NCBI GenBank assembly: GCA_029953675.1
Contig: JAMWBK010000010.1
Coordinates: 496,001 to 560,000 of the forward strand
Source: Rhodosorus marinus CCMP1338
Taxonomy: Eukaryota > Plantae > Rhodophyta
Direction: 5' to 3'
Length of the DNA: 64,000 nucleotides
The position numbers and the translations under genes are program-made. Every line of letters starts with the position of its first letter. The first letter of the stretch is position 1. Below the pieces are notes generated by a model. The model saw nothing but the letters and a program-made list of their open reading frames with translations. It had not been told where the DNA came from and searched no databases. Of this stretch, positions 22,635 through 34,400 are shown in pieces.

Positions 22635-25481
22635 TCAACCTTTGCGAAGAATCTCCAGCTCGTTCCTGCCATACTGAGCTGCCAGCGCCAGAGGACGAAG
22701 AATCCTAACAAGCTGAGCTAATTGCGCCGATGGCGGTCTGCCTCCTAGGCCCTGGACAACCAACCCTCGAGAATTGATGAACTTGCAACGCCGTTCCAGA
22801 AAAAGACTAAAGAGTTGGGAGAAGCAGAGAGGGACTTTCTGATAAGGGCTTCGTTCACAGCATACTCAGCCGCGATGAAGGACGTACCTGATTTGAGAAA
22901 GCTCTTCTTTTGGAACAAATTGGCCAGGGATAGCAAGCGTATCTCTAATGATCTTTTTCCAGCACACCTCCGGCATCCTTGAAGACAACGAGATATGCAT
23001 ACCTCGAATGTTACGTGCTTCTGCAACGCCGAGCTCCCTCATTATGAGGTATAGCTCCTTCCATTTCAAGAAAGTTTCGACTCCCTTCGGCAGGCTCCCA
23101 TATTCTTTTACGAAATCAGCACTCACCTAACACGAAACGCGCGAAGAGTCAGGCTTGAGCTTTTGGTAGCCGGATAACCTGCGTAGATGAGTGTCAGGGT
23201 CATCGCATCTCACCAGGTCGAGTTCCTCGAAAGTCTGAGTCTGTAGGATTCTGGAGTTGGCGGCATCTCTCTCCACGTCGTTTGGAATGAAAGATGCGGG
23301 AATCGTTGGGGATGCCTTGGACAATAGAATTTGAGGGTCATCGGCATATGTATACCTACCCACAATCTTCCAGTCCGTGACAGACTCCCGCAGATATGTC
23401 ATGTATAGCTCTACTCCCACACCGGTGACAGTCCCGCTCTGCTCGATACCGTAAAGAGCACCTGCGCCGCGCAGCTCCAGATCTCTCTTGGCTAGTGCAA
23501 ATGATGAACCCAGCTCAGTGAACTCCTCCATTGCGAAAAGGCGGCGGAGAGCAGTGGCCCCGATGATCCCAGACGAGTCGTACATGAACACCGCGAACGC
23601 TTGCAGCTTGCTTCGCCCAACCCGCCCCCTGAGTTGATACAGCTGGGCTAGCCCAAACATGTCAGATCGATTAACAATGAGCGTGTTGACGCGTGGGATG
23701 TCGATTCCACTTTCGATGATGCTCGTGGAAAGTAGAATGTCCGCCTGCCCAGTGGCAAACTGGTGCATCTTTGCTTCAAGGTCCCCAACCTTGCTATGAG
23801 CCACAATTGCCGTTGACTCGGGAAAGCGTTCTTCCACCCAAGCCGAGAGCCTAGTCAAGTCCTTGATCCTGGGAGTGACAATGAAGACCTTCGACAACGA
23901 CTCGAAAGCCAACGTTCAGAGGATTGCTAATCGATTCTGTCCTTGGGAAAGCTCTGGCACTGCCTTGAGCTTACCTGGCCTTTACGATCGAGTTCGCGCT
24001 GAATTGATGTCTCGACGATTGGGTCCGATGAAGTCACAACGCTAGTCTCCACCGATTTCCGTAGCGGAGGAGGTGTGCTCATTAAACTCATGTCCCGCAC
24101 ACCAGAGATTCCCATGTACATCGTTCTCGGTATCGGTGTGGCAGAAAGCGTAAGGACGTCCAGCTGCTTTCGAATTCCTTTGAAGCTCTCCTTCTGTTCA
24201 ACCCCGAATCTCTGCTCCTCGTCAATGATCATCAGGCCAACATTTGGCATCTGCAGACAGGCCGAAAAACGAAGTTGTTTTAAAAAGAGTTGAACGCATT
24301 GCGCGAGCGATATCGACAGTTGCTTGGTATTGAAGCACCTTCTTTCCAAAAGACAAGACCCCGTGAGTTCCGATGATAATGTCTAATTCACCGGATACAG
24401 CACTCTCTTCGAAGATTTTCTTCTGCTCGTCGGGAACAAATCTCATGTGTACCCCAACGGAAACGCCGAATTCCTGCATTCGTTCAGTGAAATTCTTATA
24501 GTGTTGGTTCACTAGCACCGTGGTTGGTGCCAGGACAACCACCTGACATGACAGACCAACGTTTGCACTTTGAGATCGAGGTCGACCGGTCCTAGGCCTC
24601 CAGAACCTAGTGTACAGTGATGTGCACAGGTGCTTACCTGCTTCTTGTTCGCAACGGCAAGGAAAGCAGCGCGTAGGGCTACCTCAGTCTTGCCAAATCC
24701 TACATCGCCGCAGACGAGTCGGTCCATGGGGACTGATTTTTCGCACATGTCGCTCTAAACAAGCGAAAGGGAACTTTCAGCAACGCTCAGGGTGTCCTAT
24801 CAACTAGGTGTTCATGAACGTACCATGACATCCGAAATACAGCTCTGTTGATCCTCTGTAGGGGCGTACTCCCATTTTGCCTCGAACTCGTTCATGAGCT
24901 CGCGTTCTTCCATGTAGGGCTCCCTTGCTAGCTTGTCTCGGGTTGAGTATAACTTAATGAGATTTAGAGCCAGCCTGACCAAGCACAAGCCAGCGTTAGT
25001 TTGTGCTAGGAAGCTACACCGGTAATAGCTAGATGGGCACTCTTGCTACTTACGATTTCGCGGACGTGCGAGCTTTAGCAACTGTTCGGCTCCAGGCTGT
25101 TTTGTTCTCCATCATCGCGAGCTTGGGCTTTGGCTCGACTTCGCCGGGTTTAAAAAAGGATAGCGCTTCCTTCGTATCCTGAATGGGAATGTTAAGCAAA
25201 CCGTCACGGTACTGTACGACCGCATATTTCTCGCCATCCTCAACTGTCGTTCCGAGGAATTTACCCACTCCGTAGTCCTCATGAACGACAAAATCACGCG
25301 CCCTTATCTTCATTTTTCTGCCGTCTTCGTCGGGGCTCATCTTCCTCACTTGGGACCCAGTGGAAGTTGAGGTCATGCAGACCAACCCCCCCTGCCGTCT
25401 ACATACGCGGGGTTTCGGGAAATGTCCGCCAGTCGCACGCGTAACGCAACCTGCGTGAGCGAAACCAACTGTCGCAGCCAT
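22635..25481 (-). CDS. mfd: Transcription-repair coupling factor Mfd, organellar (plastid-type), multi-exon
   Basis: Transit-like MAATVGFA, CarD-like [75 protein letters not shown] and a C-terminal TRCF region (EYGSLP). Confidence 0.95.
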
Positions 25482-25726
25482 GAAATCCAAGAAAATCCCA
25501 CCGCGAAAAGACAGCTTCTTCACAACAAAAAGGGCGCTCTCATTGTCAGCAGAGTTGTCAAAACCAAAGAATCGACGCGGCACGACTCGACGTTAAAGAG
25601 CTCCGGGTCGTTCCAAAGAAGCACCTTTGGCTGACCAACTCGCCTGTCCTAATCACGTACAAATAAATTACTAAAACTACAGATTTGCCACGACTAAGCA
25701 AAGCCCTCCTCCTTCATCACCGCCGA

Positions 25727-26760
25727 ATGTCAGAAGGCGATGTTCATTTTTCAGCGGAATTCTCGGAAGCGAATTTTCCTTCAAGACTTTTTCGGCGACC
25801 GTTCGCTCTGAGAAGAAAGACAGCTGTCGTTGAAGCAGACGTAGAACGCTGGGCTTCGAAAAACGCTAAGAAATTTGTTGCCACTGTCGTCCTACGTCAA
25901 GGACTGACGTGAAGAACTTCTCCGCGGAAGAATGTATCTCCTTTCATAGTGCGTCGGAGGTCCGGGGAGTTTTACGTCAGCGCTGTGACAGCAGTTGAAA
26001 GCAGGGATGGGCGGGTGACCATGCTACTTCTGAGAAGAGAAAAAGCTGACATGGAGAACGAGTCCGGAGAACGAAGCGGGTTGTACAAGGAGGTCACTAC
26101 AATGAAAGAGCATCTCATGGACGATACAATCTCCAGCCCGCAATCTCGCAGTCAAGACTTGCCGCCAAACCCTTCAACCAGCCAATCCGGAAGTGAATAT
26201 ATTGTCGATAGAATGTGTGCTCTACCAATTGCTAGTTGCAATGTCAGTCAACACCTAACAGAGACTACGTTCGCCGCCGGCCTGAGGTTACCAGAGGTGC
26301 TTGTCGAGAGATCTTTGCGCAACTCGCTTTTTCAGTTTATTTCTCTGATTTTTTGAAAGTCAACTGCTTCCGACAAGGCTGGTTCCTGTAGGAGTTGCCA
26401 CGACCAGGCGCTGGATCACGTCGGCGTCAGTGCAGCAAGACGTGTATCAACGTTCAAAGCTGGCATACATGCGGACCGAGAACACAATTGATCCTCTTCT
26501 ATCAAGAAAGGGATGGCTCTTGCTTACTACAAAACAAGTGCATTTGTCAGAGACTATACTCCGAGAGCACTAAACTACCCGACAGACGCATGTCACACGC
26601 TTCAAACAACAATGCGCCGTTCCTTCGCCACAAAGCTCAGAGCCGTGTACAGACCGGAAAGTGCAGCCTAGCCCTCACGGAAGCATTCTTTATGCCAAGC
26701 AGCTCTCTCATCCTCAAGAACCACGAACGACTCAATCACAGGCGAGACGATTCGATCTGA
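25727..26760 (+). CDS. Probable multi-exon hypothetical protein
   Basis: A chain of same-strand ORFs (25685, 25949, 26395) divergent from mfd. No recognisable motif, and the exon structure was not resolved. Confidence 0.3.
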
Positions 26761-27104
26761 CACTTGTCTGGATCCAAGACGGCTGACATATACGCTTCTT
26801 CAAATTAATTAGAAAACCAATTTTCCCTTCTGGAGGGGAGTTTTCATTCAGCAGGACATCAGACTCCATAAATCTCGTGAACAGCAAGGGGTCGGGCTTG
26901 TGGATCAGATATGTTTGTCATCAAATATATTTCGTATTATTAGATTTTGTAGCAATATGTGAGAAACGACGGGGTGTGACTTGTTACTATTTGGGCACTA
27001 TTGAAAAGTCGTCGGAAAATGAATGCATCTTTGGGGGGGGAGAGCAATGGTAGAGGTGAGGATTGGGGTGGGGGGCGGGGGGGGAGGTTGGACTCAGGTT
27101 CTGT

Positions 27105-28061
27105 ATGAGATCTGAATGGCATAGGTGTAGTTCATCAAAACGTTTTAAGGAGTGGTGGAGAATCTGTGAGAACATGCTTCGGCTTCGGTCGCTGTTGTTC
27201 TCACCTGGCAATGTGCCGAAAATGTTGTCCCGACTGGAAACGGTTGCTGAGGCGGACGCGTTTGTCCCGGACCTAGAGGATTCCGTACCTAAGTCTGAGA
27301 AGGCTGCCGCGCGAGTAGCAGTGGGTAGTTGGCTAGAGAGAATTGGTGAGGAGCGTCTGAAGGGTAATGTTCGATCCCATCTTGTACCTCGAGTGAACTC
27401 ACTCAGGTCTGGTCTGTTCGAAGAAGACCTAGAGGCTGTTATTGCTCCCGGAGTGGACGCTGTCACGGTAGGAAAGGTTGATGATGCGAAAGATGTGTTG
27501 GAAATCGCCCATGCCATGACGGAAGTCGAGAGAGTAAAAGGAATCGAGCGTGGAACGGTTAAACTTGTTCCCTGGTTAGAAACCGCTCTAGGGATCGTCA
27601 ATGCTTTTCAGATATGCTCCGCTCACAGCAGAGTAGGTGGTGTGGCCTTCGGCGGGGAGGACTTCAAGACTGATATGGGAATTGGCCATAGCAACTTTGC
27701 GGCGGAGTTCCTTTTTCCTAGGCGCGTGATCTCCCTGTGTGCTAGAGCCGCCCGGGTTGCTGCTTTCGACACGCCGTGGACGGTTTTCAAGGATCAGGAA
27801 GGACATGCGAAGGACTGCGAATACGTTTCACAGCTTGGTTTCACAGGAAGGTTCTGTATCCACCCTGACGGTGTGGGAACGGTCAATACAGCATTCACCC
27901 CAAGCCCTGAGTCCGTAGCTCGAGCAACGGGAATTATTAAGGCCTATGAGCAGGCGGAGTCTCTTCACCAGAGGGGTTCAGTCAACTTTGAGGGAGAAAG
28001 CGTTGACTTTCCCGTCTACGAACGTGCGAAGGCTCTCGTTGAAAAGGCCTCGCGAACATGA
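27105..28061 (+). CDS. CitE / HpcH-HpaI aldolase-citrate lyase family protein (malyl-/citramalyl-CoA lyase-like), intronless
   Basis: RSLLFSPGN, DLEDSV, PRVN, LETALG, FGGEDF, FDTPW, GFTGRFCIHP and VDFPV in one uninterrupted ORF. The start could be 27105 or 27174. Confidence 0.92.
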   Translation: MRSEWHRCSSSKRFKEWWRICENMLRLRSLLFSPGNVPKMLSRLETVAEADAFVPDLEDSVPKSEKAAARVAVGSWLERIGEERLKGNVRSHLVPRVNSLRSGLFEEDLEAVIAPGVDAVTVGKVDDAKDVLEIAHAMTEVERVKGIERGTVKLVPWLETALGIVNAFQICSAHSRVGGVAFGGEDFKTDMGIGHSNFAAEFLFPRRVISLCARAARVAAFDTPWTVFKDQEGHAKDCEYVSQLGFTGRFCIHPDGVGTVNTAFTPSPESVARATGIIKAYEQAESLHQRGSVNFEGESVDFPVYERAKALVEKASRT

Positions 28062-29597
28062 TCTAACGCGGGGTTGGTGTTTCTGTGTACTTCAGTGAAA
28101 CCTCAGAGCGCTGACAGGCTGTTTTCGGGGGCAGGGAAGGGTCCCTTGTCCTTGCCTTAGGCTGTGCTCCGAGCTGCAGAAGAGCTGTGCTCAAGCGAGA
28201 AGCTTAGCATGCCGTGCTTTTGGAGAACAAACATTTTGATAGACAGATTTAATGTGAAGAGCACCCTCCAACTTTGTATTCAAGTCAGTGCTGATTAGTA
28301 AGCTGCAATCGGACAGCAGCAATACAGGAAGAAGAAGTTTGGATGTGAACCCGAGCAGCGCGCTGAAGCCGACGTTTCGATCAGGATCGGAACTGACTTC
28401 CTGCTAGGGAAAATTTGGCGTCCGTGGCAGTCTAACTCCAGTTTGAACATCAAAGAATCGATAAACTGGTATTTAGCAATGCTTCTCTCGTATCCGACGC
28501 ACCCGAGGAAAGCCCCAGGAACTCAAAGAGCTGGCTCCTCAAACCAATTTCCTCTAGGGTCACGCTTTCAAGGGCAGAGGTTGGGGGACTTGAAGCACAG
28601 CGGCCAAGTCGTATGGAGTCCTTTCGAAGAACCTGGTACTACAAAAGCTTTGCTTCCCCTGGGTAGCTGACAGAATTCCTCTCGGGTTCCATTGTAAGGC
28701 CTAGGGTTTAATCAGGCTAGCAAGATCCATGCGTTCCAGTATCAGGACGAAACCTACACGCCGCTAAAGTGTGCTGCCCCTGGTCACCAAAGCGCAAGGT
28801 CGTCGCAAACCCCAGCCAAGACTAATCCACGTGTTACCCATCATCAAAATCTACCTGATCCAGAACCGTAGTACTCTAAAAACATCTAAAAGAAGGCTAC
28901 ATAAAGTTAACAGGACGTAAAAATACTATAAAAGCATATATTCTGGTTAGTGACGTACTTTTAGGACTTTTAGTGTCCACTACTAGCACGAAAATCCGAA
29001 AAAAACCTCGCCACCAAGATAGCGATTATTTTAAACTGAAATTCAATAGGAAGGTGCACGAGATCCCTTGCGCCCTCACCGATCCAATTTGTTTTATGAA
29101 TTTTCGCAAACTGAGCTAAAAAATCTGCTTCAAAATTGGGGCCTTGCATCAATGGCCTGACACACGGCCCGGAAAATTGTTCTATATTTCATAATCCAGG
29201 TCGTTCGTCAGGTCGAAGACCTTTTCGATAGAGGAAATCAAGTGAGATTTAAATGTCATATCAATTATCAGTCATTTTATCCATCCTATACGGTTTATTT
29301 TATTATGTTTTGATACAAACGTTATAATAGACTGGATATGGTATGACTCTTAGAATTAATTATAGGCGTGGAAATTTTGATTGGATTTATTTTTCTGGCG
29401 GTGAAGTAGTAGTACTTAAAGGGACTGGTCGCCGATCCCTAGGGTGGTGATCATGATGGGCGAGGGCTTTGTGGGGTTGGAGATGAGTACGGTGGTTTTG
29501 AGGTGTGCAAGCAATGAGGTTGGGAGACTAGTGAAAGCTAGAATTCGAAGGTTAGCTGTTTTCTGTTCTTTGGCTGTGCAGGGTTGTGGATATACAT

Positions 29598-29975
29598 ATG
29601 GAGGGTTTTGTTGGAGTGTTTACTGGCATCGGGGGGACGAAAACGGTGGGGCGGGTTGTGTGTAGAGTTCACAGAGGAAATGGGCAGCGTGTAAAGATTG
29701 TGGATTCCAAGGGAGTGGATAAGATGAGGATCGCTGATAAGAGCCTCTTGTCATCCGCGAAGTCCTTCTTCGATGACTACGAAGAGACACCGAAGGACGG
29801 GGGAGACCTGGACGTCTTCCCCTGTGGGGAAACGGGCTCGCAAAAGGACGCCTGTTATTTAACACAGAGCGGTATGGTGTTCAAAATGGAGTTGAGCGAT
29901 AAGCCCAAAACCGAACTCATCGAGTTGGGGGGGAAAAGCACAATCGAGCGTATGAACGAAATCGCAAACTCCTAG
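29598..29975 (+). CDS. Small putative plastid-targeted protein of unknown function (125 aa)
   Basis: ATG at 29598 gives MEGFVGVF...RVVCRV (transit-like) followed by an acidic globular region. Single exon, preceded by a G/T-rich 5' flank. Confidence 0.7.
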   Translation: MEGFVGVFTGIGGTKTVGRVVCRVHRGNGQRVKIVDSKGVDKMRIADKSLLSSAKSFFDDYEETPKDGGDLDVFPCGETGSQKDACYLTQSGMVFKMELSDKPKTELIELGGKSTIERMNEIANS

Positions 29976-30281
29976 CGTTCAGATTGTGCGCTCGCAATCT
30001 CCCCGGAGTATTGCAGAAGGAGATATGCTTATATATCAAATTTTCTGTACAGCTACAAACACACGTGATAGGAACAAGACACTACCTCGCCACTAGTCAA
30101 GATTCCGCCGGTCGGTGAATAAAAGAAGACGGATATTTCAACTGAGCAAAGCGAACTAACACTACGCTGATCCCAGAAAATGCGACAACCGAACGGCAAG
30201 GCGGTGTCCCAGTGATTCTGAACTCCGGCGTTAGTCGCTTGTCCGTAGGGTCCACTAGCGGAGAACCTGAAACATCATATC

Positions 30282-30694
30282 TCAGCGTTTTCCTAGGAGC
30301 CTAACACTTCGTCTCCGTGAAAGCTGCTGCACGACTTCTCGGCCACCTTCCGTGTTCAGAAACGGTCTGACGCACCTAGTGGAAACCGATATACCTCGAT
30401 CGCGCTCAGCTTAAAAGGAATTCGGCACAGATTCGCGCTTCTTTTTCTACTACCCTTGTTCGTCCCATTCGCCAGATCCCGTACATCGAGCTGATAGTTG
30501 CCAAGAAATTAACAACGGGAGAAGCTCATACCCCTAGGCGCGCTCGTACCCCCGTAACATCTACAATCTCGGCAGCGCAGGGACCTCCACACCCCCCCTC
30601 CACGGTCAAAGGAGACAAGCAATCGCAGAACCACCACCCCAACAACACACCCCGCTACTCGTGTCCCAAAAGTCCACAGGTCTGCAGACGCCAT
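30282..30694 (-). CDS. Possible small Cys-containing membrane-anchored protein (3 exons)
   Basis: Manual splicing at two GT-AG introns gives MASADLWTFGTRVAGCVVGVVVLRLLVSF...CRDCRCYGG..ARCTGSGEWDEQGCVRPFL...GKR*. Confidence 0.35.
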
Positions 30695-31496
30695 ATGCTT
30701 GCACATCTACCATGATTCAGTAATACAAAGATCTTTATTCTGGCGTTACTCTCTCCGCGCTGCTTTACAACACTAAAGCCTACTTGGCAAGCTCTCAAGT
30801 AGATACTTAACAAGCACCACCCTGCCCTCAAACCCTCCGCCCACCTACACTAGAAGACAAAAAGTATTCTCATTGGAGAGAAAAAACCTACTAGATTGAA
30901 ACTCAATCAGTTAATGCCAAAATATTTCCAAAACATAAACAAAATATTGATTGAATACAGTCAAATAATTCGAACTGTTGGATATATTGAGATATGAGAA
31001 AAATTTAAGTTGATGTGCTTTCATGTTAGTGTTACTTCACTTTGCATATCGTGACTTTGGGCTGCTGGGGTTGAAGCTGTTGAAAGGGTGGAGAGAACGG
31101 AACTTAGGTATTTTTTATTTTCTTCGTTTACATGGGATCTCATTGTTCTTAGTTTAAGCAGAGCGCGTTCTTCGTATTGTCTCGTGGCTGAGGTCCATAT
31201 CTATATATGTATGTTTATTTATTTTTTGTGGATTTGTTGAATGTCGGGTTCTGGTGGCAACGGTTTGCGGGAAGTAGGTAGTGCCCTGTTGAAAGCTTTT
31301 TAGCTTGTGTTTTTTTTTTTTTTTGCTGTTTGTAGTTTAGGAGAGGTTATGGTCTTTCTGAACCGCGAGATTGTGAGTTGTTAGAGGGGTTTCCTTGAGA
31401 TTCTCACCCGAGGGTCTGATGCTCCAGGTTGACTCTGCTTGTGTATCTAAGTGAGTTTATTTATACGTAGTAAACATCTTTGTAATCTTCGCAAAG

Positions 31497-34400
31497 ATGC
31501 TGGAGTTGATCCTTCTCCCTGCGGTTGTCGTCGTGTGTTCGGTGATTGTCAACCTTCTCCTTCTCCGATTTGCGTGGATACCCCTGCTGCTGCGACGACT
31601 CGGAATTCGGCGAAATACGAACAACCAAGGAGAAGTTTTGCTTCAGGTTCCACCCCGAAAGTTCATTCAGGAGGAGTTTTTTATCCATTTGGTTTGGAAC
31701 AGCAAGAACAGGCAGCGCGTGGAGGAGTTGCGAGGGATTTACGGAGATGACGCAACCGATCTTGTTCCGAAGAAAGCTCATAGAAAGTGGCTCACTGTGA
31801 AAGTTTATAATTTGGTGATTTCAACGGATGAGCTGGGCAAGGAGGGAGGTTCTCGCGGCAACCAAAAAACGTATCGGAGTGGCCACAACTCCAAAGCGGA
31901 AGCTCCCTTCTATCAGAAATCCATGTTGCGGAGGCTAGTCTCTTACCTGGTTGGTCTAGGAGTGAACATATCTATATATTTGGCTGTGGATTTCATAAGG
32001 AAAGTGGATTTTACAATCAGCGACGTCAAGATCCTGAGATCCGGAAAGCGACCTTTGCGAGTTCAGGCTGATGAAGTGTTTTTCTGTGGATACAAGCACC
32101 GCCTCACTTCGACGAACCTTCACCTAGGTATGGGTTCGTTACAAGCAACGGTCGAAAACGCGTTCGGGAAGAAATCGGTTGTGGGCAAAATCGACAAGGG
32201 AATTTGCCTTTCTGTTCATATACCCGTCAGGGCAAGAACGCTACTCCTTGGACAATGGCTCGGTGTGAAGGATGATATCATAACGAAAATGGCGACCCCG
32301 CATGTTGCCATCGATGTTCTTGGTCAAACAGTTCTTGAAATGAAGCACGTAATGACTGACGGGCGCCCTGGAACAAATCAAGCCCTATTACCGATTCCAA
32401 CTTACGAACAAGAGTTCAACGTCCTCCCCGAAGTTTCCACGCAGGTGGCTATCAGTGCGGCGGAAATCTCTGGACAGCTATTGAGCTCCGATAGAGAAAG
32501 AGGGGTTTTGCTGCAAGTCAGCGATCCGCTTGCATTTTTTGCGAATGTTTCACGGGAACGAGAGAGCAGCAAGCACTTCATAGTAAACCTGGGCAAAATG
32601 AAGCTGCGTTCTGTACAACACGATGTCGATGAAAAGGTTTGCGGAGTCTTATGCTCAAATGACAGCGAGTCCGCCGATTACAAGCACGCAACCGAGTGGA
32701 TCATTGAGCGCAAGCCGGACATCTTTCTGGAGAGCCGCGGATTGGGATTGAGCATGTCGGACTTTTCCGATTGCAGAGCTGTGAAAATGTTCACAGATGG
32801 CCTTTTCTTAGCTTCAGAACCCAAGGGGAACGCTGAGGTTATCGCAGCAGTTCGAGATTACGTTGAGGGCAGAATCTCTGAAGACTGTGAGAATGATCTG
32901 GATGAGAGTGAATCGAATGAGAGCGTAGTGGCCCGAAAAAATCCGAAGAGTCTCGAGATTCGCGTGGACATGAAGAATTCATCCATTTTCCTCGTGAACA
33001 AGGAAGTGAAGGGATTCGCAGAGACGAGAGCTTTTGCTCTCAGTTTCGCTAGTACAGCTGGTAGGATGAAGAGTTGAGTCTAACTGGAACTTGTGGTCAG
33101 GAGCTAACGACCGCTTCTTTGGTCCGTTGCTTGGTAGGTACCGTGTTCGAGAAGACCGCTACGGGTCCAATGAACGGGTGCCTGAGGCTTTTGGAACTTA
33201 ACAATATTCACTTTCCAAACGGGCCATTCACGAAGAACATCATATCTGAGGAGTTTGGTTTTGACTTGACCCCTGAAAGTGCCGAGAAGAAGTGGGGCTT
33301 TAAATTGAAAGGCACTCGCGTTCGATGGGATCCCGACTGGCAGGATTTCTTTGACAACGCGAAGGCAATCGTGCAGCCCCTCCTTGATCTAAGACCAAAG
33401 AAGACTGGAGCAAAGAACCCCGAGGTGGAATCTGATGGTAAGAATCGGATGGCGACAAAGAACCATGAATACTCAGATCTACATCTAGGATTTGAAAGAA
33501 TAGCTAACGCTCAACCTCACCTGTTTTCAGGAGCTCAAACTTCTAGCCTCAATGGTAGGAGCCCATCGAGTGATCCGCACGAAGCATCCGAGCCACAGTT
33601 CAGCTTCCGGAATGACGTCCGCTTCTACGTGGATGATCTCTTCGTCGAGGTCCAGTTTCCTGACGGTCCGCAGGCAGCGGTTCACGTCGGATTTGGAAAC
33701 GACTTCTGCCTGAGTGACCTCTACTTCAGTGGCCGAGATCTCTACTGGATTGTGTTGAACAAACGCGTAGCATACGCGAAAGAGTGGAAGATGGGCAACT
33801 TCAATATCATGTTTAAATGGCCTGTGAAAACAATAGACCTTAGCCTCTGGCAAACCAGATTTTTCATGCCGGTCCACGACTATCACTATGGGAACAGGTG
33901 GGGAGATTTCTGGATTCGGCTTAGGTCATACTTGCGAGGCAGAAGGGAACTTCGAAATCCCGGCTTTGTCCCGCGCCAGAAACAGTGAGTTGAATGCACG
34001 AGGCAGCAGCTGGGCGAACAACAAGCGCTCCTTACTGACGCCATACTTTCTGGACCTACCAGGTTCCCGGACTTGAAAATTAACGGCTGGGACGTGGAGG
34101 TGGAGCTTCATGATCATCCGCTGAACGGATTTCTGCTTCGTCGGCTTCCCTTGTGGAGAGACGAGGCTATTCAGAGAAATGAAAGGCGAATGGCGTTCGA
34201 CGAAAGGATATATGAATTACCTACCCGAGCACAAGATGTTGCGTTCGCTGAGCTTATGAAGCTTAATTCTGCTTCGTATATTCGGCGAGTCAAGGCGCTC
34301 ATGCAAAGGGAGGAGGCGACTAAAGTCAGATCGGCACCGCATTATCCCTACGTTATCAACCCTCCAGTGGCTACGCTTGAGGTTGGAATGATCCAGTTCA

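Noticed and set aside
22635-25481. Mfd lacking the N-terminal UvrB-homology region as a novelty
   Set aside because: As I recall, a transit peptide plus CarD, RecG-like and TRCF architecture is already known for the nuclear-encoded plastid Mfd homologs of plants and algae.
33061-33137. Apparent frameshifts or stops between BLTP2 ORF segments, suggesting a pseudogene or recoding
   Set aside because: A short GT-AG intron restores the frame at the junction checked (33061-33137), and the other breaks have donor- and acceptor-like sequences.
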